This document shows, piece after piece, positions 47,189 through 57,200 of a stretch of DNA of 64,000 nt. Origin of the DNA: Bacteroidia bacterium (GTDB lineage Bacteria > Bacteroidota > Bacteroidia > Bacteroidales > Prolixibacteraceae); the NCBI GenBank assembly GCA_037143155.1, contig JBAWZG010000001.1:3604-67603 (forward strand), written 5' to 3'. The translations under genes were made by a program, and so were the position numbers. Under the pieces are notes generated by a model, which saw only the letters and a list, made by a program, of their open reading frames with translations, was not told the DNA's origin and did no database searches. Positions within the stretch are counted from its first letter, which is position 1. Every line of letters begins with the position of its first letter.

Positions 47189-48010
47189 TTATTTCCAGGC
47201 TTTTACGATCAACCCGGTTCCACTTTCGTGTTTCATATAGAGATCAAAAAAATTCAGAACCAGGGCAAACGGAAATACGAGCAAGTAATAAAACGGCAGA
47301 ATCACGAAGAACAATTTGCTGGCTCCGAGCAGGAGTATCGGGTATTTCATCGACAGTTTCCATGATATTTTCCCGGGAGTTCCGTATGAATAGCGCGCTT
47401 CAACCTTCGAAAACCCGGCAGATTTCAGCTTGGTTTCAATTTCGGCGATGTTGTATCCGTCGCGAACATGTTCGTCGATAAAACCGTGAACGCCTTCTTC
47501 GTGATCATGATCGTGCGAGTCGGATCCGCCCTGATCGGAAGGAGTTGAAATCAGCAAGAGACCACCCTTTTTCATTGAGGCATGAAAATTCCGGAAAACC
47601 TGGACATCTTCTTCAATGTGCTCCATCACGTCGACCGATAATACCAGATCGTACCGTTCGTTTTCCTGAAATTTAGTCAGGTCGGCCAGTTCAAATTTTA
47701 CACGACTTTCCAAACCAGCCTTTTGCATAAAAAGGCTGCAGTCTTCAATTTGTTCGGGTTTGATGTCAACCGCTTTCATTTCAGCCTTTGGAAACCAGCG
47801 GGCCATGCGGTAGGTATATTGTCCAAAGCCTGAACCTGCGTCGAGAATGGTTTTTACTTCAGGAGAAGCATGTGTACGCAGGCGAAGTTCTTTGCGAATA
47901 TGCCAGGCCCGAAGCAGAAGCAAATCGAGCAAATGGTAGAATAATCGGCGTAAAACCGGATTCTGGTTAAAAACATTTCCCAGCGAACGTTTTATCGGAT
48001 CGTATTGCAT
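47189..48010 (-). CDS. Class I SAM-dependent methyltransferase with a C-terminal membrane anchor
   Basis: It has SAM motif I 'ILDAGSGFGQY' and post-I 'AVDIKPE'. The C-terminal hydrophobic segments are 'YPILLLGASKLFFVILPFYYLLVFPFALVLNFF'. Confidence 0.8.
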   Translation of the reverse strand: MQYDPIKRSLGNVFNQNPVLRRLFYHLLDLLLLRAWHIRKELRLRTHASPEVKTILDAGSGFGQYTYRMARWFPKAEMKAVDIKPEQIEDCSLFMQKAGLESRVKFELADLTKFQENERYDLVLSVDVMEHIEEDVQVFRNFHASMKKGGLLLISTPSDQGGSDSHDHDHEEGVHGFIDEHVRDGYNIAEIETKLKSAGFSKVEARYSYGTPGKISWKLSMKYPILLLGASKLFFVILPFYYLLVFPFALVLNFFDLYMKHESGTGLIVKAWK

Positions 48011-48088
48011 ATTGTCAAGAAAAAAGAAAAAAGAAAATTTGTTGCAACTTGAAAAAAGAGATGGTGGCTCAGCTTGTCGAAGCCTGGA

Positions 48089-48427
48089 CTATTCTTTGAG
48101 CAAGCGGTCAATGTTGTCGATATAATCGAGACTGTCGTCGATATGAAAGTCGAGTTGCGGAACAATCCGGAGTTGTTTCCCAACTTTTAAGCCAAGCAAT
48201 CCTCTAATTTTGGAAGTGTGCTTTTTGATTTCGAGTAAGGTTTCAGCTCCCTTTTCAGAAGGGAAAATACTCAGGTAAATCCTGGCAATAGACAAATCCG
48301 GCGTAATCCGCACATTCGTTACACTGACCAAAATCCCATGAAACAGATCTTTGCCTTCTTTTTGCAGAATATCTGCAAGATCCTTCTGCAACAGTCGTGA
48401 TATTTTATTTTGACGGGTCGTTTCCAT
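48089..48427 (-). CDS. rbfA: Ribosome-binding factor A
   Basis: 'METTRQNKISRLLQKDLADIL' and 'VTNVRITPDLSIARIYLS' are present. The ATG at 48427 is preferred because the track's TTG at 48457 falls inside the putative -7 box. Confidence 0.9.
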   Translation of the reverse strand: METTRQNKISRLLQKDLADILQKEGKDLFHGILVSVTNVRITPDLSIARIYLSIFPSEKGAETLLEIKKHTSKIRGLLGLKVGKQLRIVPQLDFHIDDSLDYIDNIDRLLKE

Positions 48428-48454
48428 GGTATTTGTATTTGAAAAATTAGGTTT

Positions 48455-48462
48455 CAAAGGTA
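48455..48462 (-). promoter_or_regulatory. Candidate -7 promoter box for rbfA
   Basis: The minus strand reads TACCTTTG (TAnnTTTG), about 28 nt upstream of the ATG at 48427. Confidence 0.45.
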
Positions 48463-48594
48463 GTTAAAATTGTTTGAACAACAGGAAGTCCAATTGGTTC
48501 AAGGCTTCGAATATGCCATCAGTTATTCCGGGACCGTTTATTTTCCTTAAGTTCGCACGCTGAAATTTTTTCCTTTTTCCTTTTTCTTTAATTT

Positions 48595-49035
48595 ATGGGT
48601 GGACTTTTTGATTACAGCCTTTGGGGACTTTTTTTAGCCAGTTTTCTGGCCGCAACGGTTGTGCCATTTAGTTCCGAAGCCATTCTGACTTTCCTGATCG
48701 CTAATGGAACCGATGTCACTTCTGCCGTTTTGGTTGCTACCGCCGGAAACTGGCTGGGCGGTATGAGCAGTTTTGCCATTGGTTATCTGGGCAAATGGGA
48801 ATGGATCGAAAAATACCTGCGGATAAAACGGGAAACCATCGAAAAATGGCACAACCGCTTGTACAAACGCGGAGCCATTTTTGCTTTTCTGAGTTGGGTT
48901 CCGGGAGTCGGTGATGTTTTTGCAGTCGGGCTGGGCCTTTTACGAACCAACATCTGGATCACGGCGTTCGCCATGCTTGCCGGTAAATTTTTGCGCTATG
49001 TGGTTTGGGCCTGGCTCACCGGATTAATTTTTTAA
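48595..49035 (+). CDS. YqaA-family (DedA/SNARE-associated-like) small membrane protein
   Basis: The N-terminal 'FLASFLAATVVPFSSEAIL' and 4 TM helices resemble E. coli YqaA. Confidence 0.7.
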   Translation: MGGLFDYSLWGLFLASFLAATVVPFSSEAILTFLIANGTDVTSAVLVATAGNWLGGMSSFAIGYLGKWEWIEKYLRIKRETIEKWHNRLYKRGAIFAFLSWVPGVGDVFAVGLGLLRTNIWITAFAMLAGKFLRYVVWAWLTGLIF

Positions 49036-49048
49036 AAGATTCCAATTC

Positions 49049-50689
49049 TCATTTCATCAAAATTACCTTGCTCCCGTTTTCTCTCCGGATCACAAGCAAT
49101 CCGCCAGATTGAAGCAAACTCCATTCATATCCTTCCCCTTCCTTTTTTTCAAGCATTGGCTTATTATCCAGCAAAACTAAAACTGGCTTTTTTCTCAGGG
49201 TTATCTTTTCCGTTCCTGATAAATCAAAGGTTCTGTAGAATAATTTTACCTTACTGCTATCCACATTTTCAAAGTTGAGGCCAAAGAATTTTTTCAGGCT
49301 TCCTTCATAGTCTGCCTGCTGAATAATAGAAGTTGATGAAATAATATGATCTTCGTCTGGCGGAGCCAGAGAAGGTATGGCATCCATCGCCCGCAGGTAA
49401 TGCCTCACATAGTCGCCATATCCATCGGTCAGCCAGGGTTCGTCACCCGGGAACCTGTTCTTTCCGTCAAAATCAACCATGTACGTGGCCCAGTTGAGCT
49501 CGCGCACAGCATTTTCGTAAAAGCTTTTGTCACCCGACAAACTAACGTATAACAATTCATCGGCAGCCTGCCTCGAAGAATGACTTTGTGCCGGTGACTG
49601 GTAAACTGTTTGCTCGTTGGTTACCACAACACCGTATTTTTTCCATTTATCGTTGCCAAAGGTCTGATGCGACCAGGCAATTATTTTTTGTACGTCATTT
49701 TTCCATTCGGGAAAATATTCCCGGTGCTCCATAATAAAGCGTGCAAAGGTCATCGCGTTGATCTGCGTCTCGCTCCACCAGTCCACATCTTCGAAAAATG
49801 GCCCCCATTTGTTTTCTTTCATCGGATAAGCTTTCATCCAGTTAAGCAAAATGTCAAAACACTTCCGATATGCTTCTGTTTTTCCGGTTTTCAGCTTGAT
49901 TAGTTCGAGATACAATTGCATAGTTGGAGCCCAGTTACTTGTATATCCGGCACTGTCGATCCAGGTGCCCGTAAAATCATGGTTCCGGAGCAAAACGATT
50001 TCGCCGGTAAATACATTTACTTTATACGGAAGTGGCGAATAATTAATATTCCCTTTCCTGATATGCGCTGCCAGCGTATTGGCTATTTTTTCTGCTGCCT
50101 CAAGGTAATATTTGTTCTCCCCCACATTGTAGGCGAGACTAATTTTATAAAGGTGAACCAGTTCCAATCCGAACGATGCGGCTTTATCAGGTTGTGCCAC
50201 GCCCCTTCCGTTACGCATATCGCCATCATAAATTCCTGAATAAATAAGGGTGTTGTATGGAAAAGGAATATTGGGCCATCTTGCATATCCAGGCGAAATG
50301 CCATGTGAAATGTAATAATCAGCAATAAAAAACATGTTTGCCTTGACCCGTTCGTTTCCGCTGTATGGATAATACAACTGCCAGGATGAGAGTGCCATGG
50401 CAAACTGGTCGCCGCCAATTCCACGCGGGTCATTAAATTTTGGATTCCATACCTGATGGTTCATGTAATAGGGAAGACCGTTCATATCCATACGCATCTG
50501 GTCCCAGAAATTCCAGACCAGATTAATGACATGATCATAGGATTTGCCCGGATTTTCATCGTACCAGGGAACAATTTTTCCGGCCCGGTCAGTTTGGATC
50601 AGGTGATAGATCAGGATTTCCTTCTCTTGAGAGTAGGCCTTCAGGAGTAAAAATAAAACTGTACAGATAAGTATAGATGTCCGTCGCAT
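49049..50689 (-). CDS. Hypothetical secreted protein (546 aa), family not recognised
   Basis: It has a signal peptide (MRRTSILICTVLFLLLKAYSQ) and is rich in Trp/Tyr. The composition is consistent with a helical-barrel carbohydrate-active fold, but that is a guess. Confidence 0.5.
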   Translation of the reverse strand: MRRTSILICTVLFLLLKAYSQEKEILIYHLIQTDRAGKIVPWYDENPGKSYDHVINLVWNFWDQMRMDMNGLPYYMNHQVWNPKFNDPRGIGGDQFAMALSSWQLYYPYSGNERVKANMFFIADYYISHGISPGYARWPNIPFPYNTLIYSGIYDGDMRNGRGVAQPDKAASFGLELVHLYKISLAYNVGENKYYLEAAEKIANTLAAHIRKGNINYSPLPYKVNVFTGEIVLLRNHDFTGTWIDSAGYTSNWAPTMQLYLELIKLKTGKTEAYRKCFDILLNWMKAYPMKENKWGPFFEDVDWWSETQINAMTFARFIMEHREYFPEWKNDVQKIIAWSHQTFGNDKWKKYGVVVTNEQTVYQSPAQSHSSRQAADELLYVSLSGDKSFYENAVRELNWATYMVDFDGKNRFPGDEPWLTDGYGDYVRHYLRAMDAIPSLAPPDEDHIISSTSIIQQADYEGSLKKFFGLNFENVDSSKVKLFYRTFDLSGTEKITLRKKPVLVLLDNKPMLEKKEGEGYEWSLLQSGGLLVIRRENGSKVILMK

Positions 50690-50737
50690 GGCTGAATGTA
50701 TTTTGAATTTAAAGATAGTATTTTATTTATCCCTTAA

Positions 50738-50770
50738 AATCAGTCATTCACCTTTTTGAATGGACTGATT
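50738..50770. promoter_or_regulatory. 13-bp-stem hairpin in the divergent intergenic region
   Basis: aatcagtcattca (50738-50750) pairs with tgaat-g-gactgatt (50757-50770) with one bulge. Confidence 0.4.
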
Positions 50771-50846
50771 ATCTACTTTGTTAATCTTGCTGCAAAAGAA
50801 ATCAGAAAATTTGGTGCCAAAAAGTTAACAATCACTTTACATTCAG

Positions 50847-50856
50847 GAAACGTTTC
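50847..50856. promoter_or_regulatory. Perfect 10-bp palindrome GAAACGTTTC, candidate TetR operator half-site pair
   Basis: The sequence is self-complementary and lies 50 bp upstream of the tetR-family ATG. A flanking ggaaac (50846-50851) and gtttcc (50868-50873) repeat the motif. Confidence 0.35.
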
Positions 50857-50906
50857 TTGTCATAAATGTTTCCTTCCTTTGTACTGAAATATAAATCAGA
50901 CAAAAA

Positions 50907-51566
50907 ATGCAAGAAAAATTCAATTTTGATGATCCGAAATTGCTGGCGATTCTGGAAAAAACGGTAGAGTTGTTTTCGGAATTCGGAATTCGGAATTTAA
51001 ATATGGATGACATTAGCCGAAGTCTGGGGATTTCGAAAAAGACACTCTACCAACATGTAAAAAGTAAAGAGGATCTGATTGAGAAACTCTTCAGCTTTGA
51101 CGATTTCAAAATGGATGCTGAATTTGCAAAAATAAAGGCTGAAAATCTGAATGCCATCGAAGTTTTGATTCGGGTTAGCCTGATTGTTTTTGAGGAAATG
51201 GGAAAATTAGACGCAAAAATCAAGTTTGAACTCAAGAAATACTATGAGTCCATTTTTAATCAATTCATGGTTCGAAAGCAGAACCATATTTTCAACCTGA
51301 TAAGCATAAATATTGAAAAAGGTATTGCGGAAGGCTTGTACCGGAAGGATTTGAACATTGAACTGGTTGCCGGTCTGTATGTCCGGAATTTGGTCCTGAT
51401 GCACAACAAAGATTATTGCTTTATCGAAAAGGTCAGCTTTCTCCAGGTTTTTGAAGTTCTGTTTGAAACTCACATACGCGCTATTTCGAACGCCGACGGA
51501 ATTTCTTATTTTGAAAAACGAAAAGCAGAGATCCTACATTTTAATAATGAGAATATTAACCAATAA
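50907..51566 (+). CDS. TetR/AcrR-family transcriptional regulator
   Basis: It has the N-terminal HTH 'MDDISRSLGISKKTLYQHVKSKEDL' and sits upstream of the efflux operon. Confidence 0.9.
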   Translation: MQEKFNFDDPKLLAILEKTVELFSEFGIRNLNMDDISRSLGISKKTLYQHVKSKEDLIEKLFSFDDFKMDAEFAKIKAENLNAIEVLIRVSLIVFEEMGKLDAKIKFELKKYYESIFNQFMVRKQNHIFNLISINIEKGIAEGLYRKDLNIELVAGLYVRNLVLMHNKDYCFIEKVSFLQVFEVLFETHIRAISNADGISYFEKRKAEILHFNNENINQ

Positions 51567-51578
51567 AGATTACATAAT

Positions 51579-53012
51579 ATGTTCAGAAAACAAAAACAGA
51601 TTGTCCTGCTGATGACTATTTTCCTTTGCGGAACGTGGTTTTCCGAAGCGCAGGAATCCCAGAAACTCACACTCAAGGAGGCCGTTAACATGGCCTTGCT
51701 GCAAAACACCAACATCTTGAATTCGGATCTTGATCTGAAAATTGCTCAAAAGAAAGTTTGGGAAACGATGGCCACAGGGCTTCCACAAATTAATGCGAAA
51801 GGAGCTTATTCGCACATTTTTAAAGTGCCAACATTGAGTTTTGGTGGTAAAACAGTTCTGTCAAATACAAATGTCCCTTGGGATCCAACCACCCAAAGCG
51901 GAACTATGAGTTCGGTTTCACTTGCGAACGGAGAAAAGATTTACTTAAACAGTGAGCCAGGCACTCCGATTGAACTTGGGTTAAAGGATAATACGACCTT
52001 TGATCTTACGCTTTCCCAATTGATTTTCAGTGGATCATATTTTGTTGGATTGCAGGCAACCAAGGTTTATTACGGCCTGTCAAAAGAAAATGCCGAAAAA
52101 ACAAAACTTGATGTTATTGAGACAGTTACTAATACCTATAACATGATTAAGCTGGCTGAAGAAAGCCGGAAAATTTTAACACAGAACCTCGAAAACATCA
52201 ATAAAACATTGTTCGAGATTTCTGAAATGAACAAACAGGGTTTTCTCGAAAAAACAGATGTTGACCAACTGGAATTAACTGCCAACACCGTTCGAAATGC
52301 AATGAACCAGATTGACAGCAATTTGGATATGGGATACCGTTTGTTGAAAATTCAACTGGGTATAGAAGAAATCGTAAAAGTTGAATTAAGTGACATTTTA
52401 GAATCGGACGACTCGCTTACCAAATCGAGCCTGCAATTGATAACTGAATCGTTCAATATTAATCAAAACGTGGATTATAAACTTATTCAAACTGCGGAGA
52501 AAGCGGCTAAACTCGAATTAGACCTGTCCAAAACAGGCTTTATGCCAACCATCTCCGGCTATTACAATCACACCGAAAAATTGAAGACTCCAGCCTTCGA
52601 TTTTGCACCAAAAGATTTAGTGGGTGTAAATTTAAGTTTGCCTATTTTCAGCAGTGGACAGCGCCTTTCAGTATTAGCTCAGAGAAAAATGTCGCTGGAA
52701 AAAGCACAAAACACGACCAAATTAGTTTCAAGCAGCCTCTCGATGCAAGCGAGTCAATTTCAGAACGACCTGAAATTAAAGCTCGAAAAATATCAGAATC
52801 AGAAAAAAAGCAAGGAACTATCGGATGACATTTACCAACGTACACTTGAAAAATATAAACAAGGTATGACATCGAGTATGGATTTGATGACCAGTCAAAA
52901 CCAATACCTGACCAACCTGACCAACTATTACCAGTGTATCTATGATTTGCAGGGGTCGAAGTCTAAATTAGAAAAACTGTTCAATATCAATCAGGGGCCG
53001 GTGACTCCGTAA
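51579..53012 (+). CDS. TolC-family outer-membrane efflux protein
   Basis: It has a signal peptide, 'LTLKEAVNMALLQN', and two repeated coiled-coil/beta halves. Confidence 0.9.
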   Translation: MFRKQKQIVLLMTIFLCGTWFSEAQESQKLTLKEAVNMALLQNTNILNSDLDLKIAQKKVWETMATGLPQINAKGAYSHIFKVPTLSFGGKTVLSNTNVPWDPTTQSGTMSSVSLANGEKIYLNSEPGTPIELGLKDNTTFDLTLSQLIFSGSYFVGLQATKVYYGLSKENAEKTKLDVIETVTNTYNMIKLAEESRKILTQNLENINKTLFEISEMNKQGFLEKTDVDQLELTANTVRNAMNQIDSNLDMGYRLLKIQLGIEEIVKVELSDILESDDSLTKSSLQLITESFNINQNVDYKLIQTAEKAAKLELDLSKTGFMPTISGYYNHTEKLKTPAFDFAPKDLVGVNLSLPIFSSGQRLSVLAQRKMSLEKAQNTTKLVSSSLSMQASQFQNDLKLKLEKYQNQKKSKELSDDIYQRTLEKYKQGMTSSMDLMTSQNQYLTNLTNYYQCIYDLQGSKSKLEKLFNINQGPVTP

Positions 53013-53071
53013 TCAGATTAAACAATTGTTTTCCAATACATTAAAATATTAATTAAAATAAAATAATACAG

Positions 53072-54190
53072 ATGAAAAAGATTATCTATTATTCAGCGCT
53101 GATCGCTTTTCTGGTTTCGTGCAGTGCGACAACCGACAATAAAGCGGAGCTTGAAAAGCTGAAATCGCAACGCGAACAACTGAACGCTCAAATTTTAAAG
53201 CTCGAAGCCGAAGTCAATCCAAATGGAGTAGTTGCCGATGTAAAAGCGGTTTCAGTAAAAATTACTCAGGCTACTGAATGTGTTTTTAACCATTACATTC
53301 AGGTACAAGGTACGGTTGACGGGGATCAGAATATTGCCGTGAGCCCCCAAATGCCGGCCATTGTAACTGCTGTATATGTTACAGAAGGTTCAGTAGTGAA
53401 AAAGGGTCAGGTGCTTGCCGAACTCGATGCCTTAGTTTTAAAGCAATCGCTTGAAGAAGTGAATACGCAGTTGGCTCTGGCTACTAATATATATGAAAAA
53501 CAAAATGCGCTTTGGCAGAAGAAAATTGGCAGCGAAGTTCAGTATCTGCAGGCAAAAGCCAGCAAAGAGTCGATGGAAATGCGTGCCAACACCATTAAGG
53601 AACAATTGAAAATGGCAAAAATAGTTTCGCCAATCAGCGGAACAGTCGAAAGTGTTCCGTTGCGTGTTGGGCAAATGGCTTCACCCGGAATGCCGACTTC
53701 AACCATTCGGGTAATTAACATGAATGTTGCTAAAATTTCAGCTGACGTGGCCGAAACCTATTCCACGCGAATTAAAGACGGAAATACTGCATTGGTTAGT
53801 TTTCCTGATTTAGGCAAAGACATTGAAACCAAGCTGAACTTCACCAGTCGTTTTATCGACCCTACAAACCGCACGTTCAAGGTAGAATGTAAAATTTCTT
53901 CCAAAGATGCCGAACTGCGCGCCAATATGATTGCGTACATCAAAATCAAGGATTATACCAACCCGAAAGCTTTTTGCATTCCGGTGAATTATATCCAGAA
54001 CGATCAGGATGGTAAATTCATTTATATCGCCAAACAAAGCGGCAACGATTGGTCTGCCGAAAAAAGAATCGTCAAAACCGGTATGGATTACGATGGAACC
54101 ATTGAGGTTCTGGAAGGTCTTATCGCCGGAGAAAAAATCGTTACTGCCGGATTTCAGAATCTGAACGCTGGTGAAAAAGTAGTTTTCTAA
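53072..54190 (+). CDS. Efflux RND periplasmic adaptor (membrane fusion protein)
   Basis: It has the lipobox 'LVSCS', a coiled-coil hairpin, a lipoyl-like region ('VKKGQVLAELD', 'IVSPISGTV') and the C-terminal 'GEKIVTAGFQNLNAGEKV'. Confidence 0.9.
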   Translation: MKKIIYYSALIAFLVSCSATTDNKAELEKLKSQREQLNAQILKLEAEVNPNGVVADVKAVSVKITQATECVFNHYIQVQGTVDGDQNIAVSPQMPAIVTAVYVTEGSVVKKGQVLAELDALVLKQSLEEVNTQLALATNIYEKQNALWQKKIGSEVQYLQAKASKESMEMRANTIKEQLKMAKIVSPISGTVESVPLRVGQMASPGMPTSTIRVINMNVAKISADVAETYSTRIKDGNTALVSFPDLGKDIETKLNFTSRFIDPTNRTFKVECKISSKDAELRANMIAYIKIKDYTNPKAFCIPVNYIQNDQDGKFIYIAKQSGNDWSAEKRIVKTGMDYDGTIEVLEGLIAGEKIVTAGFQNLNAGEKVVF

Positions 54191-54209
54191 TTTCAAAAAA
54201 GGACCACAC

Positions 54210-57200
54210 ATGTCGAAAGAAAACAAGTTTAAAGAATTTTTTGCAACGAGCTGGGCCATCGATAACCGGACAAGTGTTTACGTACTTGCGATCCTGATAT
54301 CGGTGCTCGGAATGATGAATTACTATTTTATACCGAAGGAACAATTTCCGCAGGTCATCATTCCATACATCGTTGTCAGCACAGCATACCCTGGCACATC
54401 GCCTTCAGATATCGAAAACCTGGTGACCCGTCCAATCGAAAAACAGTTAAAATCGATTTCGGATGTGAAGAAAATAACCAGCAATTCGGTTCCGGATTTC
54501 TCTTCCATCATCGTGGAATTTGATCCTAATCTGTCCATTGAAACAGCCAAACAGCGTGTTCGTGATGCTGTTGACAAATCGAAAAGTGATCTTCCGACGG
54601 ATTTGCCTGCGGAACCTTCGATTATGGATATCGATATTTCAGCGATGCCAGTGATGTACCTCAATATTTCAGGAAATTACGACCTGGATAAACTGAAACA
54701 TTATGCCGAAATAACTCAGGATAAGATTGAAGGCCTGAAAGAAATTACGAGGGTTGATATTGTTGGTGCGCTTGATCGTGAAATTCAGGTGAACGCCGAT
54801 ATCTTCAAAATGCAGGCTGCCAAGGTCACATTTAGCGACATTGAACGTGCCGTTGCGATGGAGAACATGACCATTTCAGGTGGTATTTTAACCAATAACG
54901 GTGTCCGGAATACCGTCCGTATCAAAGGACAATTCGCTGATGTACAAACCTTGAAAGATATTGTAGTACATTCATCGAGTGGTGCTTTCGTAAAACTGAG
55001 CGATGTTGCGGATATAAAAGACAGCCATAAAGAACAGGAAAGCTTTGCCCGTCTCGACGGTAAAAATGTGATTACCCTGAATGTTATCAAAAAGAATGGA
55101 GCAAATTTGCTGGATGCCTCGGATCAGATTAAAGAAATTGTTGACGAACTGAAAGCCCGTGAATTTCCAAAGGGCATGGAGGTTACCGTCACAGGCGACC
55201 AAAGCCGGCACACAAGGAATACGCTCGAAGAACTGAACAATACAATTATCATTGGATTTATCCTGGTTACCATCGTTTTGATGTTCTTCATGGGAATTAC
55301 CAATGCATTTTTCGTTGGTTTGTCGGTACCATTATCCATCTTTGTGGCCTACCTGGTCCTTCCCGGACTGGGTTATACCATGAACATGATTGTCATGTTT
55401 GCGTTCATCTTTGCTTTGGGAATCGTGGTTGACGATGCAATTGTGGTCATCGAAAATACGCACCGTTTGCACAAGTTCAATCCGGATATCAATGTAGCGG
55501 CCAAAAAGGCGGCAGGCGAAGTATTTCTGCCCATCCTATCCGGTACGCTGACGACTCTGGCACCGTTCTTTCCGCTGGCATTCTGGCCCGGAATCGTAGG
55601 TCAGTTCATGCATTATCTGCCGGTTACTTTGATTATTACGCTCTTCGCTTCCCTTTTTGTCGCCTACGTATTCAATCCTGTTTTCGCTGTTTCGTTTATG
55701 AAACACGAATATGACCATGAATTTCAGGATGGAAGTGGCTGGAGACGGATGAAAAGAATCATGGTTGTGATGCTCGTATTTGCAGCAGTATTCTATGCCA
55801 CGAAAGTTTATGGACTGGCCAACTTCCTGGTATTTGGTGTGCTGATGATACTTCTTTTCCATTTTGCACTAAAGAAAATGATTTCGAACTTCCAGGAAAG
55901 AATATGGCCCGGAATCATGGCGATTTATGAAAGACAACTGCGCATGGTGCTGAAAGGCGGACGTCCGGTTTGGATATTGGGAGGAATGATTGCACTGTTC
56001 TTCATTACCATTTTCCTTACTGGAATGGTTAAACCAACCGTATTGTTTTTCCCGAATAACGACCCGAATAACATTTACGTGTACATCAAAATGCCTGGCG
56101 GAACCGATCAGAAAGTAACCGACAGCATCACCAGTGTAGCTGAGCAGCGTGTTTACAAAGTTATTGGCAAAAATAATCCGGATGTCGAATCAATCATTTC
56201 GAATGTAACGATTGGCGCTGAGGAACAAGGTTTTGCATCTACAGGAACTCCGTTCAACAAGGGTAAAGTGTCCATCAACTTTGTGGAGCATAAATTCCGT
56301 ACCACCGGTATGAGTACCACTCAATACCTTGAATTGCTTCGGAAAGAAGTTGGCAATATTCCCGGTGCCCAGATTTCGGTTGACAAAAACAGCAGCGGCC
56401 CGCCAACCGGAAAGCCAATTAATGTTGAGATTACAAGCGAGAATATGGAAGACCTTGTTGCCGATGCCGATGCATTCCGCGATCACATCAAATCGATGAA
56501 TATTCCGGGCATCGAAGAATTGAAAACCGATTTTGAGATGAATTCTCCTGAAATTCTGGTTCAGATTGACCGCGACCGCGCTCAGCGCCTTGGAATTTCC
56601 ACCGGACAAATTGGACTGGAGATCCGTACCGCCTTGTACGGGAAAGAAATTTCGAAACTGAAACAGGATGAAGATGAATATCCGATCATGCTTCGGTATC
56701 AAAAGGTTACCCGCGACAACATCAACGCTTTGGTGAACTTGCTGATTACTTACCGGGATATGAATACCGGCATCTTGCGCAGTATTCCACTTTCGACCGT
56801 GGCCAAAATTGATTACACCTCCTCTTATGCCGGAATTAAACGGCTCAATCAAAAACGAGTCATAACGGTCTATTCAAATGTATTGTCAGGTTATTCAGCC
56901 AACGATATTGTTCCAATAATCAAACAGGAAGCTACAAAATTCACACTTCATGAAGGGACTAACATCAAGTTGACCGGTGAACAGGAAGATCAGGCTGAAA
57001 CGGCTAAATTCCTCCTGAAAGCCATGATCATTGCCTTGGGAGCGATCTTCTTTATCCTGATCACCCAGTTTGGCTCGGTCAGCAAATCGCTGATCATCCT
57101 GAGCGAGGTTATTTTCAGTATCATCGGCGTTCTGCTTGGAGTAATGATTTTCCGTATGGATCTCGTGATCATGATGACCGGACTGGGAGTTGTTGCTCTT

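Noticed and set aside
56190-56852. 220-aa antisense ORF inside the RND permease gene (also 56895-57416 and 56990-57418)
   Set aside because: It is fully embedded antisense to a gene with unmistakable AcrB-family motifs. The product has no recognisable features, and long shadow ORFs are expected opposite strongly codon-biased membrane-protein genes.
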